Shown here: one piece after another, positions 22,787 through 34,578 of the stretch
Numbering within the stretch: the first letter of the stretch is position 1
Layout of the letters: every line of letters begins with the position of its first letter
Assembly (NCBI GenBank): GCA_965248755.1
Contig: OZ252149.1
Location: 2,272,001 to 2,336,000, forward strand
Direction: 5' to 3'
Length of the DNA: 64,000 bases
From: Candidatus Latescibacterota bacterium
Lineage (GTDB): Bacteria > Latescibacterota > CBDEFO01
Translations under genes and position numbers: made by a program
Notes under the pieces: generated by a model
Seen by the model: the letters and a program-made list of their open reading frames with translations, nothing else
Told to the model about the DNA's origin: nothing
Databases searched by the model: none

Positions 22787-23890
22787 ATGCCAGGTGTAGA
22801 AAATGAGATATTAGGTATAGACAAGATGGAAATAGACACTCCAGCTCTTCTTTTGGATTTGGATTTATTCGAAAGCAATATCAAAAAGATGGCCGATTTT
22901 CTAAGGGCATCAGGATGTTCTCTCAGACCTCATTTCAAAGCCCACAGAACACCTGAGATATCTAAAAGGCAATTTGAGGCCGGAGCCATAGGCGTAACCT
23001 GCGCAAAATTAGCAGAAGCAGAGCTTATAGCAGAGTGCGGTATGGATGACATCCTGATTGCTAACGAGATTGCAGGAGAAAAAAAATGGAGGCGTCTGGC
23101 TAAGTTGGCTGGCCAAGTCGATGTATCTGTCGGAGTCGATAGCTTCGAGGCTGTAAATGAAATATCAAAGACTGCAGTTGAGGAAGGTACACAGGTGGGA
23201 CTGGTCGTGGACGTGGATATAGGTATGGAGAGGTGCGGAGTCCTTCCAGGTGAGCCCGCGTTGGACCTTGCAAGGTTTGTGTGCGAAAGGAAAGGAGTCA
23301 GGCTCAAAGGGGTGATGGGATATGAATCTCACGTAGTCTTGCTGCCCAGAGGGAAGGAGAAAGAGAAAAAAGTTAAAGAGTCAATAACGCTACTGATCGA
23401 CACTGCGGAACTGATAAGGTCCGACGGCATAGACGTAGAGATCGTAAGTTGCGGAGGGACAGGCACATACTATATTTCAGGTACCTTACCGGGGGTAACC
23501 GAGCTCCAGTGTGGAACATATTGTATATGCGACGTTGTATTCTGGGAGATAGACACCGGATTTGAGATGTCTATGACCGTCCTTTCAACGATTATATCGA
23601 GACCTTCAAAAGATAGGGCAATTCTGGACGCCGGCAGAAAATCTTTGCACCTGTCAAAGTCGGCATCTCTGATTAAAGACGTAGAGGGCGCTCAAGAGAT
23701 CTACAAGAGCGCAGAACACGGTATTTTAACGTTGGAAGGTGCAGCACAGGATTTGAAGATAGCGGATAAGATTGAATTATATCCCCACTATGCGGACGGA
23801 ACTGTCAATTTACACGACAGATTCTATTGCATCAGAGACGGCAAGTTAGAAGATATATGGGAGATCAGCGGAAGAGACAAAAGCAGGTAA
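22787..23890 (+). CDS. DSD1/D-threonine aldolase family PLP enzyme
   Basis: DTPALLLD, LRPHFKAH, GGTGT, SAEHG motifs. Confidence 0.9.
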   Translation: MPGVENEILGIDKMEIDTPALLLDLDLFESNIKKMADFLRASGCSLRPHFKAHRTPEISKRQFEAGAIGVTCAKLAEAELIAECGMDDILIANEIAGEKKWRRLAKLAGQVDVSVGVDSFEAVNEISKTAVEEGTQVGLVVDVDIGMERCGVLPGEPALDLARFVCERKGVRLKGVMGYESHVVLLPRGKEKEKKVKESITLLIDTAELIRSDGIDVEIVSCGGTGTYYISGTLPGVTELQCGTYCICDVVFWEIDTGFEMSMTVLSTIISRPSKDRAILDAGRKSLHLSKSASLIKDVEGAQEIYKSAEHGILTLEGAAQDLKIADKIELYPHYADGTVNLHDRFYCIRDGKLEDIWEISGRDKSR

Positions 23891-24014
23891 CCATCTGAAA
23901 TTATACAGGATCTACATTGTTCGTGAACCGAGCTTGTAGGCAACGAGCGTGTCAGCGTTTAGCTGATAGTTGACCTCTTTCTGATAGAATGAGTCTTAAC
24001 GGTTAAAATTATAT

Positions 24015-24045
24015 TAAACCATTTCGCCTTGCTATGCGTCTAAAA
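24015..24045 (+). promoter_or_regulatory. Putative ECF-type promoter
   Basis: TAAAC-N17-CGTCTAA about 70 nt upstream of a Spy/CpxP-like gene. Confidence 0.4.
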
Positions 24046-24115
24046 TAGGTGAAAGTAGGAGCGCTCTCTACATACTGTAGCTGTATAAAACTCACAAAAC
24101 AAGGAGGAAAAACCG

Positions 24116-25531
24116 ATGCTCAGACGTATTTTCACCTTCGGATTTCTTGCAGTAGGGCTTTTTGTTCTCTACGGATGCGGCCAGGACACAACCGGTATCC
24201 CCACCGGCGCCAGCACAGGATTAGAGAACATAAGCAACTCAGCGCTTACGGGTGATCTCGATGCCGCAGATCCCGCCGGACGCCCAATTATAGATGGCGA
24301 GGCAGAGGGACGTTGGGAGCGTATAGCTGCTTCTCTCGGCCTTTCCGAGGAACAACTGGAGGCCATCAAGCAGATCAGAGAAACGAGCCAACAAGAGGTG
24401 AAGGCTCTCATTCAGCAAAATAAGGACAGCGGAGTGCCTCGTGACCAGATCAAAGAGGCTGTGGAAGAACTCCTCCAGAAAGAAAGAGAACAGATAGTGG
24501 CCCTTCTGAACGAAGAGCAAGGCGCCCAATTTACAGAGCTCATCGAGAGAATAAGACAAGGACGACGTGAACACACAAAGGAAAAAGGACGACCAAAGAG
24601 ACATCCCCTATTAAGGGCCATCAACGCTGTCCATCCTACAGATGAACAACTGGAGGATATAAAACAGATATTGGAAGACCAGAAACACCAGATAATGGCC
24701 TTGAGAGAAGAGTTCGGATCAGATAACGTTGACAAAGACGCCTTCAGAGCCCAAATAAAAGACATCGAACAGGCCGCACTGGAGAACATTCTGGGCATAC
24801 TCGACGAAGAGCAAGGCGCCCAATTGACACAACTCATTGAGAGAATAAGACAAGGACGACGTGAACACACTAAAGAAGAAGGACGACCAAAGAGACACCC
24901 CCTATTAAGGGCCATCAACGCTGTCCATCCTACAGATGAACAACTGGAGGATATAAAACAGATATTGGAAGACCAGAAACACCAGATAATGGCCTTGAGA
25001 GAAGAGTTCGGATCAGATAACGTTGACAAAGACGCCTTCAGAGCCCAAATAAAAGACATCGAACAGGCCGCACTGGAGAACATTCTGGGCATACTCGACG
25101 AAGAGCAAGGCGCCCAATTGACACAACTCATTGAGAGAATAAGACAAGGACGACGTGAACACACTAAAGAAGAAGGACGACCAAAGAGACATCCCCTATT
25201 AAGGGCCATCAACGCTGTCCATCCTACAGATGAACAACTGGAGGATATAAAACAGATATTGGAAGACCAGAAACACCAGATAATGGCCTTGAGAGAAGAG
25301 TTCGGATCAGATGACGTTGACAAAAACGCCTTCAGAGCCCAAATAAAAGAGATCCAACAGGCCACACTGCAAAACATACTCGACATACTTGACGAAGAGC
25401 AAGGCGCCCAATTGACCGAACTCTTCCAGGGGCCCAGGGAGTCCAGAGAGAGAATGAGACGAAGGCACGGCGAGCATATGGGGGATCTCGTACAGGGTCA
25501 TAGAACAGCAGGAAGTACGCTTTCAAGATAA
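24116..25531 (+). CDS. Spy/CpxP-like repeat lipoprotein
   Basis: LYGC lipobox; L(S/N/D)EEQ and PTDEQ motifs; three near-identical 98-aa repeats. Confidence 0.75.
   Translation: MLRRIFTFGFLAVGLFVLYGCGQDTTGIPTGASTGLENISNSALTGDLDAADPAGRPIIDGEAEGRWERIAASLGLSEEQLEAIKQIRETSQQEVKALIQQNKDSGVPRDQIKEAVEELLQKEREQIVALLNEEQGAQFTELIERIRQGRREHTKEKGRPKRHPLLRAINAVHPTDEQLEDIKQILEDQKHQIMALREEFGSDNVDKDAFRAQIKDIEQAALENILGILDEEQGAQLTQLIERIRQGRREHTKEEGRPKRHPLLRAINAVHPTDEQLEDIKQILEDQKHQIMALREEFGSDNVDKDAFRAQIKDIEQAALENILGILDEEQGAQLTQLIERIRQGRREHTKEEGRPKRHPLLRAINAVHPTDEQLEDIKQILEDQKHQIMALREEFGSDDVDKNAFRAQIKEIQQATLQNILDILDEEQGAQLTELFQGPRESRERMRRRHGEHMGDLVQGHRTAGSTLSR
24511..25415 (+). repeat. 294-bp tandem repeat, ~3 copies, in frame
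   Basis: CGAAGAGCAAGGCGCCCAAT at 24511, 24805, 25099, 25393. Confidence 0.95.
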
Positions 25532-25726
25532 CCCGTGATTAAGTCAATAGGGATCTAAACGTCCATCAGGTCGAATTTACAGATGTTAGATCCCTTTTTT
25601 TCTCTTTCTCCAAGAAAGTCAAATCTACGCTGACAAAGCGTATAACGATTTTGCCTTTGAAGATCTGTTCGAAGAAGCCGCATAATCATCGGCCTCTGTC
25701 TGAGGCTAAAAACTAAGGAGGACATC

Positions 25727-26215
25727 ATGAATAGCACCTCTTTTGTAAACCGCTTAGCCCAAATGGGTGCCTTCATCTTTCTCCTCAGCGTCCTGGCGAC
25801 CTCGCTGGTTTACGGACAAGGCAACGCACGTGCACGACGCGACACCACCGACAAAGTTACTGATAGAATCATGTCCAGGATGAAAGAGCAGCTCAAGCTC
25901 ACCGAAGATCAGGAGGACAAGGTTCTTCAAATTCTTAAAGAACAGGGCCAGAAGCGGCAAGAGATCCTAAAGAAAGCTCGGAAACAGGGCCGCCAGGGCA
26001 TGAGCGGGTTAAGGGATGAGATGGAGAAGATTCAGAAGGAAACCGGCGAGCGGCTTGAGAAGATCCTTACCGAAGATCAGATGAAAGAGTACAGGAAGAA
26101 CCAGGCGGAGATACAGGAGAAAAGGCAGAAAAGGCGTGAAGAAATGGGTCGACGTCAGGAAGGACGTCGACGTCAGTCCAGTCGGAAAGCTGGCGGCAGA
26201 TCAAGAGCCAGATGA
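25727..26215 (+). CDS. Secreted Spy/CpxP-like (LTxxQ) protein
   Basis: Signal peptide; LKLTEDQ and ILTEDQ motifs; AGGAGG RBS. Confidence 0.75.
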   Translation: MNSTSFVNRLAQMGAFIFLLSVLATSLVYGQGNARARRDTTDKVTDRIMSRMKEQLKLTEDQEDKVLQILKEQGQKRQEILKKARKQGRQGMSGLRDEMEKIQKETGERLEKILTEDQMKEYRKNQAEIQEKRQKRREEMGRRQEGRRRQSSRKAGGRSRAR

Positions 26216-26568
26216 AGTAGGCTTCCCCGACGACCGCTTGCCCTCGTCCCACAATGAAGACATCGAGTTGAAGACGATTAGACGAGCTGAGGCGTGAGTG
26301 AGGATTTGTGTGACGTCAGAACGGCACGGAGCTGAAGACCATGCCCCGTATCACAGTTTAGTACCCGAAGATATGGGACATCAACCCCACGTAGAAGTAG
26401 GAATCGATTGACCCCGCCCGTACAAAAGGAAGCGTTGGAAGGATGCGTAGGAGATGGAGATAAGGCGTATCGTTCCGATAATCTATGGCCTGCTGTTACT
26501 GGCTTCCATAGGCTGCTCGGCTGGGTACAGCGGTGGTCTCGGCGCCTACGGCGCCGGGAGAAGAGGTG

Positions 26569-26691
26569 CTCACTGGGGCCTTTGAAGATGACCGGAAGGT
26601 TGCGCTCTTCACAGAGTTGACGTACACGCTCGCGCCAGCCGCCGTGGATGTGCCCGGCCAGGTAGACGAGCGGGGAATCAGAACGAGCCAT
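26569..26691 (-). pseudogene. YtoQ-family N-terminal fragment
   Basis: VYLAGHIHGGWRE...LPVIFKGPSEH, then abrupt junction with the duplicated segment. Confidence 0.6.
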
Positions 26692-27259
26692 TTTCATTCC
26701 TTATCTGAGTATAAGAATAGACAGTTTTATTCACACGCTGTTTCTTTGTATTTCCTGTGACTGCCTGCTTTAGTTAGAGGGATTCTGACCGTGCAGACTG
26801 CGCCGAGCAATAGGCAGCCTCCAGAACTCCTCTTGCTGTGGCAGGGCTCCTGGAGCCGCCTACGACCCGAGTCCCTGAGGTGGAGCGATAAATGTCCCCT
26901 TTTCAGGCCTCTCGCGTCTGAGGTCTTTGCTATTTTCACTTTTGGTTAGATTATCCATCTCCTTCTCCTTGTGGTCTTCTCTCTCTCCTTAAGGAAGTAT
27001 GTCCGTAATATAGCGTTTACGGACATACTTAAGCCTTCAGCTCCGGGGAGGGATTGAAAAAATACTTGAGGCTCCCCTCAGATACATACCACTTAGTCCC
27101 TATCTTTTGTCCCTTGATCCTACTTTGTTGAATATACCTGCGAAGGGTAACGGGGTTATGTCGAAAATCTTAGAGAGCTCCAAGATTGAATAGAGCTTCA
27201 TTTCTCCTACCGTGATCGGCATAGTTACTCATCTCGCTTTATCACATGGCTTCTGGGGT

Positions 27260-27598
27260 TCACCGCATCAATATCAGCTTCCGCGTCAGCGCAATTCCAT
27301 CCGCCTCCATCCGATAGAGATAGTATCCGCTGGCAAGGCTCTTTTCATTGTCATCTTTGCCATCCCACACTACAGAATAGCTACCGGCTGGTCTGTGTCC
27401 ACCCACTAACGTTACTACCTTCTGCCCGATTAGATTGAAGACAGATATATTGATGTGGCCTCCAACAGGAAGATCGTAATGGATCACAGTCTCAGGATTG
27501 AACGGATTGGAGTAGTTATGACTGAGCCGATACACTGTGGGTGGCTCAGACTCAACTCCCTCGATGCGTACCGGTATCCTCCCTTCGTTCAGCGACAC
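27260..27598 (-). pseudogene. Orphan FlgD/T9SS-type C-terminal sorting domain
   Basis: NYSNPFNPETVIHYDLP...VWDGKD...ASGYYLYRM with no N-terminal body. Confidence 0.75.
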
Positions 27599-27685
27599 GC
27601 TCCAGCCTCAGGGTTCTCAGGAGGAGATGACTCAGGAGACGACCACCGTAGAACATTATGGAGAAGTGTACCCCCTCATATACCA

Positions 27686-29114
27686 TCAGGACACCGGAGG
27701 CCTGCGCTGTATCCATGGCCTCGCGCGCTCAAAGGCGGCCGACGCGGCCAGGACCGTCTCCTCGCCAGCCTTTCTCCCCACGATGTGAAGACCGATGGGC
27801 AGGCCGTCACATGAGAAGCCTGCGGGGACGGTGGCGGCGGTGTGTCCGATAATGTTGATTGGTAATGTGAACGCGCCGTTCCAGTACTGGTCGGGGTAGG
27901 CTGTTTTACCCGACATTTGACCAGGAAACTCGCCATTGGGGAAGGCCGGGAAGCACGCTGTCGGCGAAAGCAAGAGGTAGTATTTCTCGAACAGGTCGGT
28001 CATACGGGCTTTCAAACGGTCGATCAGACCGAGCGTTCTGGCGTATTCGGCCGCAGTTACCTGTGCTCCCCGTTCAATGAAGAACCGGGCAAAATCGGTC
28101 AATTGGTCTCTGTGCATCTCCAGATACGCGCCGTAGACGGCATACGAGTCCGCTGCTAGAATGGTCCCGAAGGTGTCGTATGGAGGGTCCAACACCAGGT
28201 CTGACTCCTCGACGTGGCAGCCCAGTTCCTCGAACACTTGGCCCGCCGTCAAGGTTACGTCCAAAACCTCGGGGTCCACATCCGCAAACCCGAAGTCCGG
28301 GCTCCAGGCGATGCGCAGACCCGCGATCTCCTGGTCTACTGCGGCGACGAAATCGGGTGGAACTTCCCGGAGTGAAATGGGGTCTCTCGGGTCGTACCCG
28401 GCAAGAGTCTGGAGCAGTAGGGCCGAGTCCCGCACGGTGCGGCTAAGGGGCCCGTTCTGGGAGAATATGTTGGGCATCGGATGGCCTTCCTGGCCAGTGT
28501 AGCCTGATACTCTGCCCTGTGTGGGCTTGATACCGTAGATGCCGCAGAAGTTGGCAGGTATGCGGATGGACCCTCCACACCATCACTACCGGTGGCCAGG
28601 GGACACAAGTAGGCGGCCACCGCCGCCGCACTGCCGCCGCTGGGGACCCTCCCGGCGTATAAGCTGGTGTTCCAGGGGTTGCATCCAGGGTCGCCCAGTC
28701 GGTTCTCACTGGTGCCGACCATGCCGAACTCCGGAACGTTGGTTTTGCCCAAGATGATGGCCCCGGCATCCCGTACCCGCTCCACCACGGCTGCATCCCT
28801 CTCCGGTATCCGGTCCTTGAAGACCAGCGAGCCCGAGGTCGTCCGTACACCCCTGGTCATTTGAGTGTCCTTGATCGAGATGGGCAGTCCGTGTAGCGCC
28901 CCCAGCTCGTCACCGCGGATTACCGTCTCCTCAGCAGCCTTGGCCGTCTCCATCGCCTCGTCGTGGGTCAAGAGAAGGAACGAGTTCAGCTGTGAGTCCA
29001 GTCTATCGATGCGTCTGAAGTACAGCTCAGTCAACTCCACCGGGGAAATCTGTTTTGTTGAGATAAGCTCCAAGAGATCGGTCGCTGAAACGAAAGCAAC
29101 TCTTCGTTTACCAT
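27686..29114 (-). pseudogene. Amidase (GatA-like signature family), frameshifted
   Basis: PISIKD, GKTNVPEFG, GGS, LPIGLHIVG pieces spread over different frames; shifts near 29097 and 28570-28650. Confidence 0.85.
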
Positions 29115-29421
29115 GATATCTCCTCTCTTCACGTTTGGTGGAGGCATCTACGTCGTCGATGACAGCGAGTGTATCCACCTCAAAGGCTTTGGCCACCTGG
29201 CGCAAAACCGGGGACTTCCTGAACGGCATCGTGCCTTCGTACGGAGTCCCAGTGACGGTTGTTGCGCTGAAGCTCTTATCCTGGCGGACGCTCACGGCAA
29301 GCTCCGGCGTCCCGGCCGGGTTGGCGGGATTGCTGCACGGCGCATCGTGACAGGCACCCAGTACGGCATTAATATGTCGGCCTTGCTGTAGACTTTAATA
29401 GGCAGGTGGAGGCCGGCCTTC

Positions 29422-30651
29422 TCACGGCTGTGCAGCCTTGGTCCGCCCGTCCGTCAACCCTTTGTCGTAGCTCGGCCGAAGCAGCTCCGTGAGGACAGCT
29501 GGGAGTTCGCCCCGCTGCGCCTTCAGAGCCCATACCGGCGGGACGGAGTGCGGTGGCTGGGCGTGACCGCTCATGCCGTCCACTTTCTTGTAGCAGTAGA
29601 GCGAGCACCAGCGGGTAGGCCAGCCCAAGGCTTTGGGAGCCACCGCATGCGCGGCGTGCGACAGGCAGCAGACGACCGAGCCCGGCTCAAGCGAGAGGTG
29701 TTCAATTTGAAGCGGCTCGGATGTGACGGGATGCACCCGCCCAGCCAGCCAGCCCCGCCGCATCTCTTCGTCGTCGGCAGCCCGGCACCCCGCCGGATCG
29801 CGAAAGAGATGGCTGCCCCGAACGATTTTCAAGCCCCCGTCTAAGCCGGCTTCGAAGCCTTGAGGGTAACAGAGCGTGAGGTTTGAATTCGACTGCGCCT
29901 GGTACTCCGACAAGGAAGCGACGCCGCAGTTGTCCGTCCCACCGCCGATTTTGTGACTGTGCCATGCGCCGCCAGGATAGCCGGCCGGCCTCATCAACAG
30001 CTGGTTGTAGTCGAAATAGATGTCGTTGCAGCCGAGGCACATCCGCTGCAGTTGGTGCATCTGTGGGTGTATGAGCACGTTCATAAAGAACTCGACGTGC
30101 CCCGCCGGGAAATACTCGGCGAAAACACTGGGCTGCCGTAGCGTCTTCACACCCGCATTATCGTCCGACTGCGGCACCCTCTGGCTTCCTCCGAGCGCGT
30201 TGTTGATCTCATCTGCGGTGAGAGATTTTGTCGGCGGCGTTCGGCCGAGGCCATGCCAGTCGATCTCCCCCCAGTCCGACGTCAGCAGCGTGTCGTTGAG
30301 CTGCTGGCCGTATTTCAGCGCTGCCATCCACTCCTAGACGGCTTTCGGTGTCATGACCCCTCTAAGGACAGCGTATCCATCCCTGAGAAAGCTTGCGTGG
30401 TCGAATTGCGCAGCAACCGCCGACATGTCGAATATATCCTCGTGATTCGCTTCTAACCGGTCCCAGTCGTTGCGAGACCACTGCACGGGGGATTGCTCGT
30501 TGGCCAAAAAGCCTGGGCGGGTGGCCTGCGCGAGTTCGCTGCTTGGGCGCAGCAGAAGCCTGGCTAACGTCGGGTCTAACACTTCGGGGGCGAGAAGCGG
30601 GTTCTGTGGCATTGCGGGAGCACGTTTAGGACACGATACACTTTCCTTCAT
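29422..30651 (-). pseudogene. PhyH-like dioxygenase with in-frame TAG
   Basis: FLRDGYAVLRGV, TAG at 30334-30336, then same frame continues (WHSH, IVRGSH, HAAHAV). Confidence 0.7.
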
Positions 30652-31152
30652 AGCAGGACTCTCTTCTTTCGAGCTGGCAGTCACTTTTGTCTAACGACTT
30701 ATATAACGAACTTTTTCTTGACTTGTAACGGCTGATAATCGAAATATTTCGTTTAAGTTTAACACTGACGTGAACCCCAAAGACTGGACAAATGACTTAG
30801 CAAGTTTTATAATCATGTAAGAGTTCAAACTCGAGTGTGTACTGGATGTGTTGATTGGGTCGGGTATTCGAAGGCCAGTGGGAGGGAAAACAAAGCAATG
30901 TTGGTCTTTGGCACAGAGGGGTGTGTGTACGAACTTCGGTATTACACCGAAATGGATAAATTGTAAAACTATCCAAGTGCACCTTTTAGACTGCTCTAAG
31001 CTCCTAATCCTGCCAGTTAAAAATGACGCCCAACATCGACTTCTCCCGGCGGTAGGCCATCTCGGTATAGTGGAAGCGGTGTGTGATCAAGCGTATGGGC
31101 TCCAGGCGATCCTCTTCCAGCCTGGCTCTTGACGCTACTTGTCACCGTCCAG

Positions 31153-32800
31153 TTATCTGTTCTGCAGGATGATCGGCTGGCTTTCCACCTCTGAGAACGA
31201 AACCGATGTTTCTAATGTCTCGTATTGACCGCTGTACCGCTTGTAGGCTCGCAAGGTCACCTGCTCCGGCGCGGGCGCTTCGACCGACCAGTGAAAGAAT
31301 CCGCGGGGGTCGGTGTGGCAGTGCCAGAGATTCAGCAAGACGCAGACGCCGCCGATAGTTTTACCGCGCTCATCCACGACCTTTCCGCGCACGAGCCGCC
31401 CCGGCTTGAGCCTGAAGTCCTGCGGCCTGGCTTCTGGCTCTACCTTGATGTGACGTTGCTCTGGGGCGAAACCCTCGGCTTCAACGGTCAGGACATATTC
31501 GCCGAGTTTGACGGACTCGAACCGTAACTCTCCCTCAGCATCCGTCTGCACTGTTGGATAGCCGTTCTCCTTTCGGATAGATCTGTATCCCAGTGCCGGA
31601 GAGCCGATGGTAAGTGGGGTTGCTTTCCAGGGTCCCAATTTGGTGGGGTGCTCCAGCCAATCGTCGGCCGTATATCGGTTGGGGCCTAGTTCGAACCAAG
31701 GCGCCCGCCACCTGCGCAAGTCCTTCACCCGCCACTCGGCCGGTCAGAGTGACGTGCGCAGGCGAGACCATGATCCTTTCAACAGATAGCGGCCACACCT
31801 TCACACCGTCCTTGTCGCTTCCGATAGCGACCAACTTGTTGGGGCCGACTTTGATCATATCAAACTGACCCGTAATGAAAGGATCGGGCAGATGGGAAAA
31901 GCTGACGCGGTCGCGCCATGTACGCCCGTCGTCCGTGCTGAAGGCGATATGAAACCCCGGCCGACCGTATTGACAGGCCACCACACCGTTGTCCAGCGCG
32001 GCCAGCGTTAGCGAGATGTTCATCAGGTGCGGCTGGGTAGTTACCGGTTTCGTCCATGTCACTCCCAGATCGTCGGACCAGCACACCGCCATGGGCTTGT
32101 ATTCGCTAGGTAAGTGCGAATATTGCGTACGCAGCATCGCCACCATCTTTCCATTGGGCAACAGCGTGATGCTGGGTTCGCCGGCGCCGCAATATTGGCC
32201 AGGAAGCTCCGGGTGCGGATCTACCGGCACATAAGCAATCGAGGCGTAGAACTCCCAGGTGCGTCCCTGATCTGTTGACCGGACGAGAATCGCCCGATGG
32301 ATATTTTCGCTGTCGCCTTTGAAGTCTCCGTTCGGAAGCTGCACCATCTTGCCCTTTGAGAGGCCGGGGTTTTTGACGTCCAGAGAGGTCGGGCTGGCGT
32401 TGGGTAGGTGGATCTGGACGCGTTCGAACTCCCAGGTCATCATATCGTCCGCAATGCGAACGAACATGACGTCGTACCAGCCTTCTTTGGCACTGGCCGA
32501 GGGCTGCAGATCGTCCATCGGCATGATGACGCCGCCGTCGCGAAGTATGCCACTGTTCTGGCCTCCGCCCAGCTCAGGTGGAGAATCCATCTCCTGACTC
32601 CACGTCAGCCCGCTATCGGTGGAGATCCGGTAAAACGCAGGCCGCGTACCGGGCTTTGGATAGAACGCCGCCACGACGCCCGTTCGCGACACCATCACAG
32701 ACGCCGTGTTCTGATTAACTAGATCGATGAGCTTGGTGGCTCGCCGACGGTGATCTTGAGGATCTCGGTCTCTTCCGCTGCCGCAGACTTTTCGGCACAA
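31153..32800 (-). pseudogene. BNR/sialidase-like protein with carboxypeptidase-regulatory-like domain, frameshifted
   Basis: Asp-boxes STDSGLTW, STDQGRTW, SDDLGVTW, STDDGRTW; C-terminal half in another frame from ~31730. Confidence 0.75.
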
Positions 32801-33339
32801 CCAGCATCACGCACAACGCCCGCGAGGCAAAACATATATAGTTATTACACAAAGACAATCCCATTCCATGTCGATTCCTTTCACACTTGAAAATTAGGCC
32901 AATAAACTTGTATCACACTCACATACGAATTGCCCGGGGTAGAAAATCCTCACCTGTCTACTTTACAGTAGAGATTTTCACCAGGCATAGAAGGTCCGCC
33001 TTCTCTCAGAACATAGATCCATTGAAAAACCCGCGGTATCGTTGGAATTTTGTTGCCGTCTCCATCTTTTCCACGAGGACCGTCGATGCTTGGGCGTAAA
33101 GTCGGTCTGGCAACGCATATCCCCACAGGTCATGGCGGGATATACCTCCACCAACAGAATCAGGTGTTGCGCATCATCCCGGCCTACTCTTACGGCAAAC
33201 GCCAGCGAACCACTTCACAATTGAAGAGTTTTCCCGATTCTCCTTCGTCAGGCCGCCAATAGGAATAACTGGTCACAAGAGTCCCGTCGTCGAGCTCGAC
33301 AGTGTTGCCGAAACCATGGCCCAAGCAGATGTTGCCCAT

Positions 33340-33429
33340 GCGGGCCTTTTCCTGGCCTCGGTGGAAACCGATTTTATTGCGGGTGTTGCACTACCCATAG
33401 ATGGCGGTATGACTTTTCGAATGGGTTAA
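33340..33429 (+). pseudogene. SDR C-terminal fragment
   Basis: AGLFLASVETDFIAGVALPIDGGMTFRMG-stop. Confidence 0.6.
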
Positions 33430-33726
33430 CCAGAAATTATTTGTTCAATACTGATTAAGTCCAAAGGGTCGAAATAAGACACAACACATGGCGAGGTAGT
33501 TGTGTGGCCGGGACGTGTATTGTCTCAGTAGGGTTTTGGGATCGTACGCAAGGGACCGCTAGAGCCGAGGACGTTCAAGATGGCAGGCGCCCATTAGAAA
33601 GTTATATAAACCGATTCAAACGCCAGAAGGGCGATCATATTTGACCTACATTGAGGTCCAGCGATCTATCAGCGCTAAGTGTTATCCCCCAATAGAATTG
33701 GAAACCGTTCCGTTTGAAGCTGGCAC

Positions 33727-34554
33727 CTAGAATTGGATCGCCTTAAATTCTTTCATTTGTTCTGTGATAGCGATTTCCGTAGGCAAGCGCTCCATGCTGG
33801 AGGCGCCATAGAATCCATGTACCCCTTCGGTGTTTTTTAAGACGTATTCGGCATCATCTGGCATGGAAATTGGACCACCATGACAAAGGCACACAACATC
33901 CGGATTCACTCGTTTGGCGGCGTCGCAAAGTTCCTGTACCTTGCTCGGCGCTTCTTCCAGAGTCAACGCAGTGCTCGCACCGATTGAACCTTTAGTGGTC
34001 AAGCCCATGTGTGCCACCACGACATCTGCATTAGCTTCGGCCATAGCCTTGGCTTCATCAACATTGAAAATATAGGGCGTAGTAAATAGATTCAGTTGGT
34101 TGGCTTGGCGAATCATATCGACCTCAAGGCCGAATCCCATTCCGGTTTCTTCCAAATTTTGTCGGAACATCCCGTCGCAAAGCCCCACCGTAGGGAAGTT
34201 CTGTACTCCTGAGAATCCGGCTTCGATAATCTGTTTGAGAAACACATCCATCATCCGAAAGGGGTCTGTTCCACAAACGCCAGCTAAAACAGGTGTGTTT
34301 TTCACCACGGGCAGTATTTCATGGGCCATTTCCATGACAATGGCATTGGCATCGCCGTAGGGCATACAACCCGCCAGGGAACCGTGACCACCCATCCGGA
34401 AACGTCCGGAGTTATAGATTACGATCAAGTCTACTCCGCCGGCCTCTTCGAATTTTGCGGAAATTCCAGCGCCTGCACCACCGCCGATTATGGGCACTCC
34501 CTTGTCTATACTCGCCCGAAGGCGATCAATTACTTGCTGTCTTGTAAACGCCAT
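33727..34554 (-). CDS. TIM-barrel (PEP hydrolase-like, Tm-1 C-terminal-like) protein
   Basis: [36 protein letters not shown]. Confidence 0.9.
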   Translation of the reverse strand: MAFTRQQVIDRLRASIDKGVPIIGGGAGAGISAKFEEAGGVDLIVIYNSGRFRMGGHGSLAGCMPYGDANAIVMEMAHEILPVVKNTPVLAGVCGTDPFRMMDVFLKQIIEAGFSGVQNFPTVGLCDGMFRQNLEETGMGFGLEVDMIRQANQLNLFTTPYIFNVDEAKAMAEANADVVVAHMGLTTKGSIGASTALTLEEAPSKVQELCDAAKRVNPDVVCLCHGGPISMPDDAEYVLKNTEGVHGFYGASSMERLPTEIAITEQMKEFKAIQF

Positions 34555-34578
34555 ACTCTTGCTCCATTCGATTGCTAA

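Noticed and set aside
24412..25386. 324-aa minus-strand repetitive ORF
   Set aside because: Shadow of the repeat lipoprotein on the opposite strand
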